Source: Phoronis australis (lineage: Eukaryota > Animalia > Phoronida). Taken from it: 64,000 nt of DNA. Below, one piece after another: positions 13,701-25,241 of the stretch. The notes beneath the pieces were generated by a model that saw only the letters and a list, made by a program, of their open reading frames with translations, ran no database searches and had not been told where the DNA came from. The stretch covers positions 853,785-917,784 of the forward strand of contig NMRA01000025.1 in the NCBI GenBank assembly GCA_002633005.1. Reading direction: 5' to 3'. The position numbers were made by a program, and so were the translations under genes. Within the stretch, counting starts at the first letter, position 1; every line of letters begins with the position of its first letter.

Positions 13701-16700
13701 CAAAACAGGCTTCATCAGTGATGGATTGATAACGTATAGACCACTTTCAGACCATGTGACCATATGTTGTTGCCTGAAAACATAGACAACAGTTAAAGAT
13801 GCAGAGTATCATTAAATTGTGAATGTGCAAATGAAGTACTAATTTACAAACAATCCCAGGTCCTCTAGTGTGCCAGAGACCATCCGAGAACCAGTTACCA
13901 TAACAATCTCGTGAAAGTCTCATTTTGCAAAACTATTTTTATGTAAATGAGTATGGTAACACTTCGTCGTTATCCTAATGAAACAAGGCACAGTTTTTAT
14001 TATTTGTTCATTTCACTATGAAATAACAATTGCATAATATTTGGAATTACTAGGGTTTTTTTATTTCTTCACACTTATTTTTAAGTGCATCAGTCATGGT
14101 GTTTTCTTTAAAACCGCAATTTATTTACAAATTGTTCCTTTTCCTAATTATACATGTACACACAGTTCTCCAGGAAGTCAATAAGTGGCACTTTCTACCA
14201 ATGTTAATGATTTTAATGAGACATGGCACCTTTAACTTGTACCTTTAATGAGGAACAAATGAAGGCAATGTTTCACACCATCCAGCATCAAGTGAAATAG
14301 GCACAGAATGTCCAATTAATAAAATAATAATTACTAAATTGGAAAAATTGGTCAACAACTGAGGCAGTATTGTAACTTACCCAAAGACAAGCAGTTTTCG
14401 GAAGTTTACTGTATTTGGCATAACATCTTTGGTGTTTGGCAACATCTCAGAACTGCAAAATAAATTTCCTTTACAGTTCACAAGGTGATCCAATACAAAT
14501 GCTGTTAACACAATTTGTTTTATTGAATTCCATTCTAGTATTCGTCGATAACTGTACGGCACTACAACATCTATTAATAACTGTACGGCACTACAACATC
14601 TATTAATAACTGTACGGCACTACAACATCTATTAATAACTGTATGACACTACAACATCTATTAATACTTCATCCACATTTTCTCCAAGTCGTCACACATG
14701 GTCTTCATATTGAGTGCAGGCAATACAGAAATACTCCTGAACTCATGACAAAGGGGGATCCAGGGGTCAAGGGGGTCTCGACCCCCTTTTTTTCCCTTTG
14801 ATTTTAGTGATATCAAATCTAGAATTCTCAAATTGTTGACTCGGGCCCCTTTTTTAAAAATCCATGATTTGGCCCTCCCTTTTAAAAAATCCTGTATCCG
14901 CCCCTACATAATCAACAACAAAGCACTCTATCTAAGTGTATGAATACATCACACAATAAAAATGCAACATGACATGCGTGACACTCCCGAGACACTTACA
15001 TTGAGAAATCTTCTGTTATGAAATGGAAACTTGATTTTCCAACCTGGCTCACCAATCAGTTCAGTGGCAGCCATTTTGCTTGTCTATGTAAGAAATGCCT
15101 TATGTTTACTCGAACAAAAAACTAGTGTGATCTTAACAAAGTCTCATGAAACTAGTTCTAAGAAATGAACACCTCTCTAGTACTCTATCTTCAGACATCT
15201 TCAAAGACAACTAAAGACTCATGATCAAGACTATGTAGAACCAGACAAGACAGAAACACACAGTGAAAAAATGATCCCATCAACAACAAACATTTCAGAT
15301 GAATAAATCCACAAAGAAAAACTTATTTCCTTCTATTTGGTTAACAGGACTTAAACTGAACATTTAATCATCTAGAGACACTGGCGATGCAGAATAGAAT
15401 AATTGCTCTTATTTATTTAGTACTTTTACTTTTTCCATTGTTTAGACACAGTCACGCACTCTACTACAAGTGTATACCTCATCTTTATAACCGGGCTAGA
15501 TGGGACCGCCAGTAGCTTTTTGAGCTGGTGAGTGTTGAGAACATTACCATCATAATCTACCTCCCACATGCGAGAACGGGGCCGAGCACAGTACACTGTG
15601 GGCGTCTGTCCTTTTGACACTCGGTGAAAACAGGCACCGAACGGCCCATCACGTAACTGCTTACCAATCTGAGTGTAAGTACATCTGGAAAGAAACACAC
15701 AGATCATTTGTTTTGACTGTACTCTTAACTACATTTTGCACAAAAATAACTGTCAAAAAGATTTTCACTATGACGACACTTATAGTACAATTGCTATAAC
15801 TGTGAAACTTTAATAATTAATTTTTACTATAATGAAAAATCTTCAATTTGAACACAACTAACTGCAAAACTCGCCACATTTTTTTCAGAAGCTTGCCGCA
15901 TTGTTGCAAATGTTCAAAATTAGGTTATACAAACCACGCTAAAAGCAAAGAAAATTTTTGTGACAAAATGAAATATCATCTGTCCACCATATTGTGTCAC
16001 TACCGAATATGTGGTAAAGTTGCTTTAAATCAGAACACAATATGGTGGAAAGGCAAAATTTTATTTCATCTGTTCTTAACAAGAGTTAACAAGAAGACAA
16101 TTTTATTTGATTATATGAAAATGTTATATGGTATGGCTGTCATCAACAAACACAAGGTAAAATTTCATTTTGGACATTAGCGGTAGTTTGAAAAACCAAA
16201 AACATGGTAATTTTTGCCACTATTTTCGTTTGAATTAAAGGGAACCTTAACGTAACTGCAGTTACTAATTGTTTGACACGACGCAAATTCAAATGTCCAA
16301 GCACGGGTCTATTTGCCATTCAATCCGCTAAGTATGCCCCTTTGATAAAAAATAACTTCTGACGATTTTGCTATGAAAAAATATGTCGGATCTTATCCGT
16401 CCTCAGTCATAAATAATGTCTAAACTTGGGAATAACTGACATTTTGTTCTTGCACGAGAAGAGATGCAATTATGGCTAGTGATTGGACTTACTGACAGAT
16501 GGCGCTACAATAGAGTACAAATTTGTAAGTTAATTCCAAGTGTGCCAAGCAATTGGTCAACTTTTGAGTTTTGAATTGAGAAGTGAGAGCCAAGGCCCAG
16601 GACATACTTATCCGTGTTGCAGAGATACGTCCGTGTCATAGTGGACACAAGTAACTTGTCAGCGTTACAATGCAGCTGGATAACAGATGAGTCAAGTTCC

Positions 16701-19700
16701 TTCAGAATCATAGAGCTCGGAACTTGTACAAGATCTTTAGCCTGAAATGCAACAAATTGTAAGAAATAACAGCAGAGCAGAACTGCATGAGCAGACAATG
16801 ATATAGAGCGATATTTTTGTTGACATAATACAAAGCAACCCAAATGTGAACCAGTTTTTCAGATGGACGGACTTGGACTGTCAGAGGTTGCTTCCATTTA
16901 GTAATAAGTTTGCTCATGTTATGTGTGCTAAGCACCATCGGTATTGTACAGCCATTTTAACAAAAACTTATTAGTAATGACAATTCACTGTAGGAGGAGC
17001 CTTTTGTGTTTAATACAGCAAACTTACATTTCACCCAGTTTAGCCAGCTAAAAACAAAAACTGAATTTGGCTTTTTCTTCTCTGACATAAGCTTGGTCTC
17101 ATAGAATTCAACAGTGACTGGATTCTGTTTCCATTACCAACGAGAATACGAAACCATCAGTGACTCAAGAAAACGTTTCAGAGTTTATCAGAGTTGGCCA
17201 ACCATAAAACTGCAGATTCACAAACAGCACATGTGCTTGAATTGCCAGCTCATTTGGCAACAAATCGAGATTGGATGAGTGTGGTTATGTAAAATGCAGC
17301 TTTAACAATTAAAGTGATTGACAAGACAGCGCAAAACGAACGTGCTGTGATAACTACAAGTTACACCCTATATGTACAGGAACCAACGTGATAACTCAGG
17401 GAATGGAATGACCAATGGACAAATGACAAAAAACGTGGAAACTTTTACGGCCCAAATCATGCGCGCTACCCAGCCTTGAAATGGTAAATGGTCGATGTGA
17501 ACCGTGAACCTTTCCCCGACAAAAATCGGGAGGACTAAAAAAAAAAAAAAACCTTACCACCATCAGCAGCACATGCGTCTGTGTCCTTTTAGCTCGTCCG
17601 TCCACTCCCAACCCACACATTTTTGGCTGCAGAGCCGTAGTATTTGTCGCCGCGGTTTACAATAACATTGAAAATCCCACCACGCTATCCCAGATGCCCA
17701 GGCAATGTTGACAATTTACGTTCCTCCGAAACATAAAAAGCAACTTCCACTTTTCGAGGTGAACGTCGTCTGCAACGCCACGGTAAGAAAGGAATTTGCC
17801 GCGGAAATTTTATATCAAATTCGATTTTTTTACGCGGAAATATAATAAAATGCGCGGTCAGAACTTTTGAAAAAAAGCGGAAAGCCGCGTTTCCGCGGAA
17901 AATTCCAAGCCTTGTAACTGCAAGTTACACCCAATATGTACAGGATCCAACGCATATTTCCCATTAGAACATAATTACAGCAAAAACGTCAAAGGACTTT
18001 TGTTTTCCAAAAGCACTGTACCTTGATGCCAGACACATTAACAACTGACACGTTGCCAACAGAGTCTCCAGCAAACAATTTGTTTCCTTGTTCGTTCCAT
18101 ACCAGGGCAGAGACACGTTTGCCTTCGTGGTTTCTTGTGTGACGAAGTTTCTCATATTTGGACTTTCTTAGGATCACCTCAACAACAGACACAGTACCCT
18201 TACTGAAAAAAGAATTTGAATAACAATGGTGTATTGCAAACATTTAAGTTTTACCAGCATGCCATCTGTTGGCCACATCACGTGACTTAATGAATATAAG
18301 TCTAAGATTGACTTAATTCATATACAACAATGGTGTAAATCTTGTACATTTGGTATCACGAAAGCATTCAATTCACTAACTGAAATCTTGAGCAGCATTT
18401 CTCTACAAGCCGTGTAATCGAATTTACATTCAAATTATTAGTAGGCCTCATTCAAATTATTAGTAGGCCTCATTCAAATTATTAGTAGGCCTCATTCAAA
18501 TTATTAGTAGGCCTCATTCCAATTATTAGTAGGCCTCATTCAAAGTTCACTAACTTGAAAAAATGGTATGCCACCTAGATTCACGTTTACCAAATCGCGA
18601 GCAATTTGGCACGAAACTTGAAATTAGTGCAAGTATGTCTTGCTTTCAAGCTGCCCACTTGTGATGTGAGACTGGTAAACCACTGAACACTTTATAGGTC
18701 TCGAATTTTAACACAGAAAGCGTTTTCATTTTAACAAGATGGTAGTTCTAAGGTGCAACAGAAATGTGCAAGGAAGATGGTAGTCTTTGCCCAGAACATG
18801 TATCGCACATAAAAGATCAGAGGTCTACAGCAAATTTACATTTGGTACGTTTCCATGTGTTTGAGTACCTCAAATACTGCATTATCCCATGGGTAGAACA
18901 CATCAAGGAGACACATTTGCCTAATAGGGCTTGGAATGACCAATGGCAAATAAGAGAAACAATTTCCAGGTGATGTATTGTTCCACAAATAAATAGGCTT
19001 GTGTTTTTTGTTGTAAAATTAAATGATTTAAGTAAATGTTTTTGCACAAAGTCAAAATCATGATATAAAAAAGAAGAAACTGGAAAACAAATAAAAGGAA
19101 ATCAAAACCAAAAAAGGAAAAACCTCATAAAAGAGGAAAATTCCAAGCACTGATTTCCTTGAAAGTTAAACAATCATGCACAAATTATCATTTACCTGGT
19201 ACAATAAGCAATAAAGTTCTCGTCTTTTGGACTTATCAGGAGCTGTGTTATTGACCCATCCTAAAATAATAATACCAAATACTGAATTTGTTTTCTAACA
19301 TATAATAACAGTACATCTGTCAAGGGAGTCAGCATATTTTCCTAGCCTTAGGCTAGCAGGACCTTTTTTCAGTCTCAAAATGAACCGGACCACTGCCACA
19401 TCGGGAAGAACACATGACCAACTGTCATGTCCTTTAATTGTATTACTGCAACCTGAAACCTCAAAGATCCTCTAGAGACTACAATAAAATCTCACCAATT
19501 TTGGACACAAAAAACAAACGTGAAATTTTACTTTCTCCTTTTTTCAGGAATGATGCATAATACCAAAATTACACCGAGCCAAGTCCAAGTTCTGTAAAAT
19601 TCTTTATATTTTCAATTGGCTGTTTTACAATCTAAGCATAAATACATCGATGGTAACTAACTACTAACCCCCTCTGTTGGTATCATGAACCTATAAGACA

Positions 19701-20856
19701 GATCATCCCTCATATACAAGTAGAGACCTCCAGTGTTAGTGCCACAAACTATGAAGGAGTTGGATACAGAGACGCAGGAAAACTGCAAAGATAGTCAGAT
19801 TAAATGAAAAAAATTATCAATAGCAGATGCAAAAATAATTATTTAGTAGGAACAATAACCCTGGCATTGAATCTTAAAGTGAAACATAGGTTCTGGATTA
19901 TTCCTTACCCACTGATGTAACTTGTTAATAAAAGGATTACGAAATGTTATTTGCTTTGTTTGGTTTCCTAATACAACATCTGAAGTTAAAAAAATTAATA
20001 AAACCATTTTCTAAAATCCAAGCTAGTGGAACTTGTCTGGACTTATGGCAATGCATTTTGTCCAAGACGTGGACTTTTGATTGAAACACATTTCGTTGTT
20101 AAATTTGTTTCAACTTGTTCCCTTCTCGGCTGAGAAGTGACTTCTGGTTTTGTAAACAACTGACACTGTGTTATTTGTCGAGACAATGCTCGGAGCATAA
20201 AATGACATGCCGTGACAAGGCAACTTGTAGAGCATAGTCTGAAGCACAAGTCAACAGTCCATCCTTTCTAATTCCAGAAATCAAGCACAATTTGAGCAAA
20301 GAACCATTTGAGACCAATTTCACGCAGGTAAGTGGTCTAAGATAAAGACAGCTTTAGAGTGACTTTGACCAAACAATACAAAGGCTCTTGACAAATATCA
20401 AATGTCGTCAGATATTTTGTATCAAGTGCCATCAAATTATCGTCTTCTCTCAGAAATGAACATTCTGCATGCCTTAAACTGACAAATGCAATCCAGCTTT
20501 GTTAAATGTTGCAACTATTATCCCATTCAAATAAAATAAATGTCATTTGAAAAGATGTTGACAATTACGATAAATTATATTTCAGTGAAAAAAACGTGCG
20601 ATTTGAAAGAATGAATTGTGTTTACAATATTTATTTTATGAAAAAAAAAACGCTTGACCAGTCAAGCCACTTTTAGAAATGAAAACATTAATTTTGCGAA
20701 AATGTAAGGTCACAAGGACGGCAACAGGAGAAAACTAGCAACCTTAATCCTGACTGAGGATCTGATAGGAAGAATGAGATCTTCAAGTGTAGAGAACTCC
20801 ACCAAGACATAAGGGCCATCTGGTGACTTTATTGTTTCTGCACATATGCCAGCCAT
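1727..20856 (-). CDS. HPS5: Hermansky-Pudlak syndrome 5 protein homologue (BLOC-2 subunit), multi-exon, 3' end beyond the left edge
   Basis: Phase-consistent GT-AG exons (minus): 20856-20743 MAGICAETIKSPDGPYVLVEFSTLEDLILPIRSSVRIK; 19782-19669 FSCVSVSNSFIVCGTNTGGLYLY; 19260-19196 DGSITQLLISPKDENFIAYCT; 18202-18022 HEGKRVSALVWNEQGNKLFAGDSVGNVS; 16741-16608 LDSSVIQLHCNADKLLVSTMTRTYLCNTD; 15684-15478 IGKQLRDGPFGACF..YCARPRSRMWEVDYDGNVLNTHQLKKLL; 14452-14381; 13773-13682; 8484-6949; 6161-5994; 1943-1727. These motifs match vertebrate HPS5 as I recall it (RDGEYGACF, YCARPGSRMWEV, SSRRSSISS). Confidence 0.93.
2533..2689. mobile_element. Small fold-back MITE (partial duplicate at 4312-4428)
   Basis: TGACATAGGAAAATTCAT ... 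ATGAATTTCCCTATGTCA, with inner arms CAGAAATTTTCGA / TCGAAAATTTCTG. Confidence 0.6.
2570..5316. repeat. ~1-kb near-identical duplication (2570-3566 vs 4312-5316) around the N at 4311
   Basis: Direct comparison. ORFs 3062-3298 and 4801-5160 are near-identical. Confidence 0.9.
3567..4310. mobile_element. PIF/Harbinger MITE of the same TIR family; right end lost at the contig break
   Basis: TTA then GGGCTGTTCCAGTAAAATCCGCGTGGGAGGGGG with GGGTGGT subterminal repeats. The duplicate copy (~5311-5320) lacks the insertion. Confidence 0.75.
6435..6730. mobile_element. MITE-like inverted repeat element (related copy ~17020-17305)
   Basis: GTTTAGCTGGCTAAAAACAAAAA and TTTTTGTCTTTAGCCAGCTAAAC inverted pair. 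Confidence 0.5.
6949..8484 (-). CDS. HPS5: HPS5 large internal exon (1536 nt): conserved DIQD..VEKCIARL..SSRRSS..SGIY block, then a long Ser/Asp-rich low-complexity region
   Basis: Corresponds to ORF 6932-8470. Acceptor TTTCAG ends at 8485, donor GTAAGT starts at 6948, phase 1-1. Confidence 0.9.
8475..8574. repeat. 2 x 50-bp tandem duplication containing the HPS5 large-exon acceptor
   Basis: TCTTGTATGTCTGAAACATAAAGTCAAAAGAAATGCACATGYATAATCAC twice. Confidence 0.9.
8903..12451 (-). CDS. HPS5: Second copy of four HPS5 exons (12451-12318, 11401-11195, 9669-9598, 8994-8903), probably the other haplotype
   Basis: Block ~8897-12725 is near-identical to 13677-17013 across the N gap. The exonic differences I saw are synonymous. 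Confidence 0.85.
9905..10059. mobile_element. Short GC-rich MITE (duplicate ~14750-14906)
   Basis: TAGGGGGATCCAGG ... CCTGTACCCGCCCCTA imperfect TIRs. Confidence 0.45.
10563..11132. mobile_element. PIF/Harbinger (Tourist-like) MITE, 570 bp, TTA TSD
   Basis: TIRs GGGCTGTTCCAGYAAAATCTGTRTGGGAGGGG at both ends. TTA at 10560-62 and 11133-35. The duplicate block has an empty site (ATTTAGTACT, ~15415-15424). Confidence 0.9.
12726..13073. mobile_element. Insertion at a TTAA site (piggyBac/Kolobok-type target), running into the N gap
   Basis: The two haplotype-like copies diverge exactly after TTAA (12722-25 vs 17010-13). Confidence 0.5.
13074..13676. other. Assembly gap (N run)
   Basis: Run of N. 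Confidence 0.99.
14570..14659. repeat. 29-bp VNTR (3 units; 1 unit in the duplicate at ~9790)
   Basis: Unit ATAACTGTACGGCACTACAACATCTATTA. Confidence 0.85.
17397..17914. mobile_element. CpG-rich MITE-like insertion, class uncertain
   Basis: CAGGGAATGGAAT ... ATTCCAAGCCTTG termini, flanking TAACT on both sides, internal CCGCGGAAA repeats. Confidence 0.4.
18427..18544. repeat. 22-bp minisatellite x5
   Basis: Unit CATTCAAATTATTAGTAGGCCT. Confidence 0.9.
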
Positions 20857-20889
20857 ATTGAATGGTGGCTCTATTTCACATGATTGAAG

Positions 20890-20928
20890 TTAGAATAGGT
20901 TCCACCCTCTGCACCACTGGTTGTCCAT
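20890..20928 (-). promoter_or_regulatory. uORF (MDNQWCRGWNLF*) in the HPS5 5'UTR, plus an ATGTGA start-stop at 20881-20876
   Basis: ATG directly follows acceptor TTACAG (20929-30). TAA at 20892-20890, upstream of the main ATG at 20856. Confidence 0.55.
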
Positions 20929-22189
20929 CTGTAAAGAAATTAAATCTACCTATTAGCTGCATTTCTTTACAACTAAGTTAATGACCTCCAGCCAGAAACT
21001 CACGGGTAAAGCTATTTGTGATCACATACTTTGTAAATAATGCATTGTGAAATGTAACAAACTTGCATATCATCGTGATATCTAACAAACTTGCATATCA
21101 TTTTTCGAACAAGGAATTAGCTCTGACTAGTACTTTTCCAGAACAGACCATGATCACGAGTCTGAGGCAACAAATTTGCCTTCCATTACAAAATCTTCTG
21201 AATTAGACCCTGTTATGAATTGGACAACAAAAAAATGTCCTTAGTCAAAACTTCCTACTACAGTACTGTACCCAACTTGTAATTCAGCATCAAACAAAGA
21301 GAATGTCCAAACACTGTTTTCCAGTTGAACAAAAATTCGTAATGTTACTTCCTTACTGTTAATCTATGAGAAATGCTACATTATCCTTTCCTATAGACAG
21401 TGACTACCGTCTCTAGCTGGCAACAGTAGAGGTGGTGAAGCTTCTATAGCTGCCTCTACCGGGAGCACTCACTGTTAAAAATGACCAGTCGCAGAATTGG
21501 GCAACTGAATGAAGGATAGCCAGCCAGCTAGCTGCATGAAGACTATCGTCAAAATACAGCAATGTACCACTGTATGTTAATTTTCCATAGATACCCAAAT
21601 TACACACAGCCAGGGTAGTTTTGCTCGTCACCTCGCCATGAAACTTGTATCAACAATCATGTACAGCTAACGACCGGACGGGGTGCATGCAAAATCTGGG
21701 AATCAACCGACACTCACCTTGCCCGTTACAGCTGTTTAAGTGAAAAACAATCTAATGAATGTCATTTTCTTGCCTAATCCTCCGCCTTTTCTAGCAAAGA
21801 AAAGTTATGTCGTCGTTTTGAAAACAGTAGGCTCGTGACACGTGCACGCGCCATTTCCTTAATTTTTGCGACATCTCTCGGGAGATGATGATAGCTTGGC
21901 AGCAACAAAATTTCTTCTGAAATTCAGTTTGCTAGTATCAAAATTCTAAAAACTTATAATGAAGTGAAAACATTTCCAACCAGTTGTGACATGTATGCAA
22001 CCTCATGAAAGAACAACAGTTAATTGAAGAATCTGCGAAAAAGAAAATGGCCAATAGGTGACGCAATATTTCATGGCGCCGAAAGTCGACGCAGAAGATC
22101 GCTCCACAACTTTACCAGCAGAATAACAGTAGAACGCAAATTTTTCCAAAACCAGAAAATAATTTTATTTACTCAAATAAGTCATTACG

Positions 22190-22700
22190 GCGTTTTCCGT
22201 TGCTCCAACTTGTTCGATTCCATAGCCCAACAATAACTTGGGAAGTTTGCCTCTGCAGCCAATATCTTACACGACTGATTAACTCCATTCTGGCATTCAT
22301 GATTGGAGGGCCATCTCTCTTTTGTTCGATAATTGCTCTAATCTTCAAAAAGATGGTATATAGCATGACTGGGCTGTGCTGTTAAAAATAAAAGTTAAGT
22401 TATAACATATTTGAACATAAATGAAATCCTCTTCTAACAGTGATCATGTTTAGTTTTTGAATCGCCAAAATCGCCCAACTACAACCAAAGTTACGATAAT
22501 CTATTCTTTCTGAATGTAGGAATTCGCTCTGGGTTTGACGGTGTTCCCACGTGGTCTGAAGTAAGCCTGGTAGATAATTGGCCTCTCTGTTGCCATAACA
22601 GACGAAAGACTTTGCTTGGCAGTTAACAAAGAAGCTAGATGTTATCACACACTCAAAACCCTCTTCATCTGGTAAAGTCACTAAACGGGAAGGAAAATGC
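22190..22700. mobile_element. Possible MULE-like insertion, ~510 bp
   Basis: Absent from the 58.6 kb copy of the host element. Short TIR GCRTTTTCC. Imperfect 10-bp TSD AGTCATTACG/AGTCATGATG. Confidence 0.4.
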
Positions 22701-22720
22701 AGTCATGATGTTGCTTTTAA

Positions 22721-24366
22721 AGGAGAATGCCACCCTATTTAATTAGTCTTTTTTGCCGCCTTAATCGGTCTATATCCACATCGCCTCGCATACGGTCGAC
22801 CTCACCATGCCAAGAGATGTCGCGTTAACCTGCGAGGACGGTGAGAAACGACGCTTGCAACGTCAGTAGTTCATATGCAGAGCGAACGCCGCTAAGCAGC
22901 TGCGAGGAAAGCGGGTATATCGTTTTTTTACTTCTTCGAGAGTCCTAAATGCTTAGGAAGTGGCTCATGGTAGTGAAGAATGAAATGTACGCTGTAAATA
23001 GCAATTATGAGGCCGTGAAAATCTCGTGTCTGTGGCCTGCAGACGTCGACAGTGCCTGACGAATGCCGGCTTACCAAATATCTCCATACATTCCGTTGTC
23101 TGAGCTTGTTCACGGCGCCTCTCTAGTATTTCTTCATCACTGTATTCCTGTTCGAATTGATAGCCTGTAAAACTTAACGATCCACCTGCGTAGTCGGGAC
23201 TGATGAGCTCTAGCTCGTCCTAAGTCGGGCTTATGAGTTGCCATGTTGGCGTTTATTACTAAGCCGGTTCTGTTTCAACTAAATGAATTATTCTCACCCT
23301 AACCAATTCTTATATAAAACTGAAACAAAGTCTGTCTCATTAGATGCAATTTGTAATACCTTTGGAGTGTTCGTGAGTGCAAATGATTTGAAAAGCCAGA
23401 AATGAATAAATCACTGCGTTACCGGCTTTAGGTGCAATAAAACTAATTGACGGGACACCTAGGCCATGTGAGCTCATGCTAATTTAGTGTTTGTTGACAG
23501 AAACTGTTGTGAAACAACTCGATTTCTTTCCCATGGCCAGGAGTTAGGGGAATCTTTATTTACATTTACATTACTCAAATAATGATTGTCAATGTACAAC
23601 TTCTGCCCTGACGGTGCTGTGGCCAAAGCGGAACCCGGCTGAATTTGCGACCCCCGACGAGTAAGTAGATTAATTTTGCAGTTTCGTGGCTAATTCACCA
23701 ATAATCAGGTGCACATTAATTGGCTCATTAGTATAGTATTTTCTTGGCTGGAAGTTTAGTTTCCACTGTACTTTGGCTGGTTTATGTTCGTGATGTCTGA
23801 TCAGTTGCCGAGCCACTGGTGAGGATAACGCCGGAGTCAAGCCGGCCGCGACGGGCCTGATCGAGTTCCGAGCCACTGACCAGGCTAACAAGCGTTTTGT
23901 GTTTAGAACTCAAAAAATCACTAGTCTAAACAACACAGATCTGGGTTCGCCTGTCTGTATCTCACGGAAAATACTTCGAAATTATTTCCGAACCGACCCC
24001 AAACTCCTGCTATGGACCTTTGGCCTGCCGTACTTTGTTGTAGGCTACAGTGTGTCCAAATACCAATAAATCCGTAAGAGCGAAATAAAACAACACGTTT
24101 TTATAGGAACTCAGTGTATTTGTAAGGGTTTTACATCAAAGTTTGATGATTTATTGGTGTTAAACGATGACTTCAAGCGATAAGCTGACACCAGTAACTC
24201 GTGTTGGGAACTGCTGAACAGATTGCGTGTGAAACCGATGACGTAATTGGATAATTTCAACACCTCCGTCTGCCGTCAGGTAACGCAACCATACGTGTCG
24301 TTAAGGAGTAGAACTACTCGATCTAAATTGATACAAATTAGGTTGTTTTTTGGGTGGCATGCTCCT
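22721..24366 (+). mobile_element. Kolobok-type non-autonomous DNA transposon with a degenerate THAP-like coding remnant
   Basis: TTAA TSDs at 22717-20 and 24367-70. 15-bp TIRs AGGAG(A/C)ATGCCACCC. A second copy lies at 53412-54382. Confidence 0.85.
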
Positions 24367-24890
24367 TTAAAGACACTAATTTTGTGCCACATTTTATCTG
24401 GTCAGTTTTTTACCCACATTGGTGCAAAGCTGTATATTTAGTAAGGCTAAACGAAGGACTGTTCAACGAAAGTTTAATTACAGTAGTATTTGTTTGAGTT
24501 GGAAGAAATTAAAGACATCAACGGCCTACTAAGGTGACCATCTATGCGTAAAAAGTACTAACTTATAGCCATGTGACTTTGATGTTTGAATCAGTGTGAG
24601 GCATAATTCGCCAAAAACTTCCATCTTTATAGGGGCCAGCTAGAGTGGGTGGTCACCGTTTACTTTTGCTAATGCTAGAGGGCACTGGTCAGATAAACTG
24701 CTCCCTGGTTTAGGGAACCAGGCAGTCACAGCATAACGGGCCCATTATTTAGTGGATGAAACTGACTCGCCACCCTCTTGGTCTTAATAAGGTCGGCACT
24801 GATCAGATATAGTGGTCCCTGATTTTCAAAACCAGGCAATCACTGAATAACAAGCTCATTATTCAGTGGGGGAAGCTGGTTTTCAAAATC

Positions 24891-25095
24891 AGGGACCACT
24901 ATATCCGACCAGTGCCTATAAGGTCAAGGGACCGCTATATCCGACCAGTGCCTAAAAGGTCAAGGGACCGCTATATCCGACCAGTGCCTACAAGGTCAAG
25001 GGACCGCTATATCCGACCAGTGCCTATAAGGTCAAGGGACCGCTATATCCGACCAGTGCCTATAAGGTCAAGGGACCACTATATCCAACCAGTGT
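24891..25095. repeat. 36-bp minisatellite x~5.5 within a hairpin-rich repeat (24683-25230)
   Basis: Unit GGGACCGCTATATCCGACCAGTGCCTATAAGGTCAA. An inverted copy lies at 24797-24835. Confidence 0.9.
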
Positions 25096-25241
25096 TCAGA
25101 ATAAGGTATACAACTGATTTTTTTTAATAGGGAACCAGGCAATCATAGAATAACAGGCCTATTATTTAGTGGATGAAACTGGCTCGCCACTCTCTTCATA
25201 ACTAAGGGACCCCTATATCTGACCAGTGCTAAAACAGGGTA

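Larger units (their letters stand above)
21520..24443 (+). mobile_element. Second copy of the Helentron-like element, split by two nested insertions (22190-22700 and 22721-24366)
   Basis: Removing the two inserts restores colinearity with the reverse complement of 58540-59260. Confidence 0.65.

Noticed and set aside
12991-13785. Long ORFs of 222-264 aa
   Set aside because: They are mostly translated Ns from the assembly gap.
1727-20856. TECPR2 instead of HPS5
   Set aside because: The SRMWEV motif and the VEKC..SSRRSS..SGIY block fit HPS5 better than its paralogue.
21711-21725. Minus-strand AAG|GTGAGT as the HPS5 first-exon donor
   Set aside because: It lies within a dispersed repeat and is absent from the 59.06 kb copy. 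It cannot be supported without transcripts.
24912-25127. Repeat protein (PIRSRDRYIRPV)n
   Set aside because: By-product of a 36-bp minisatellite, with no splice or coding support.
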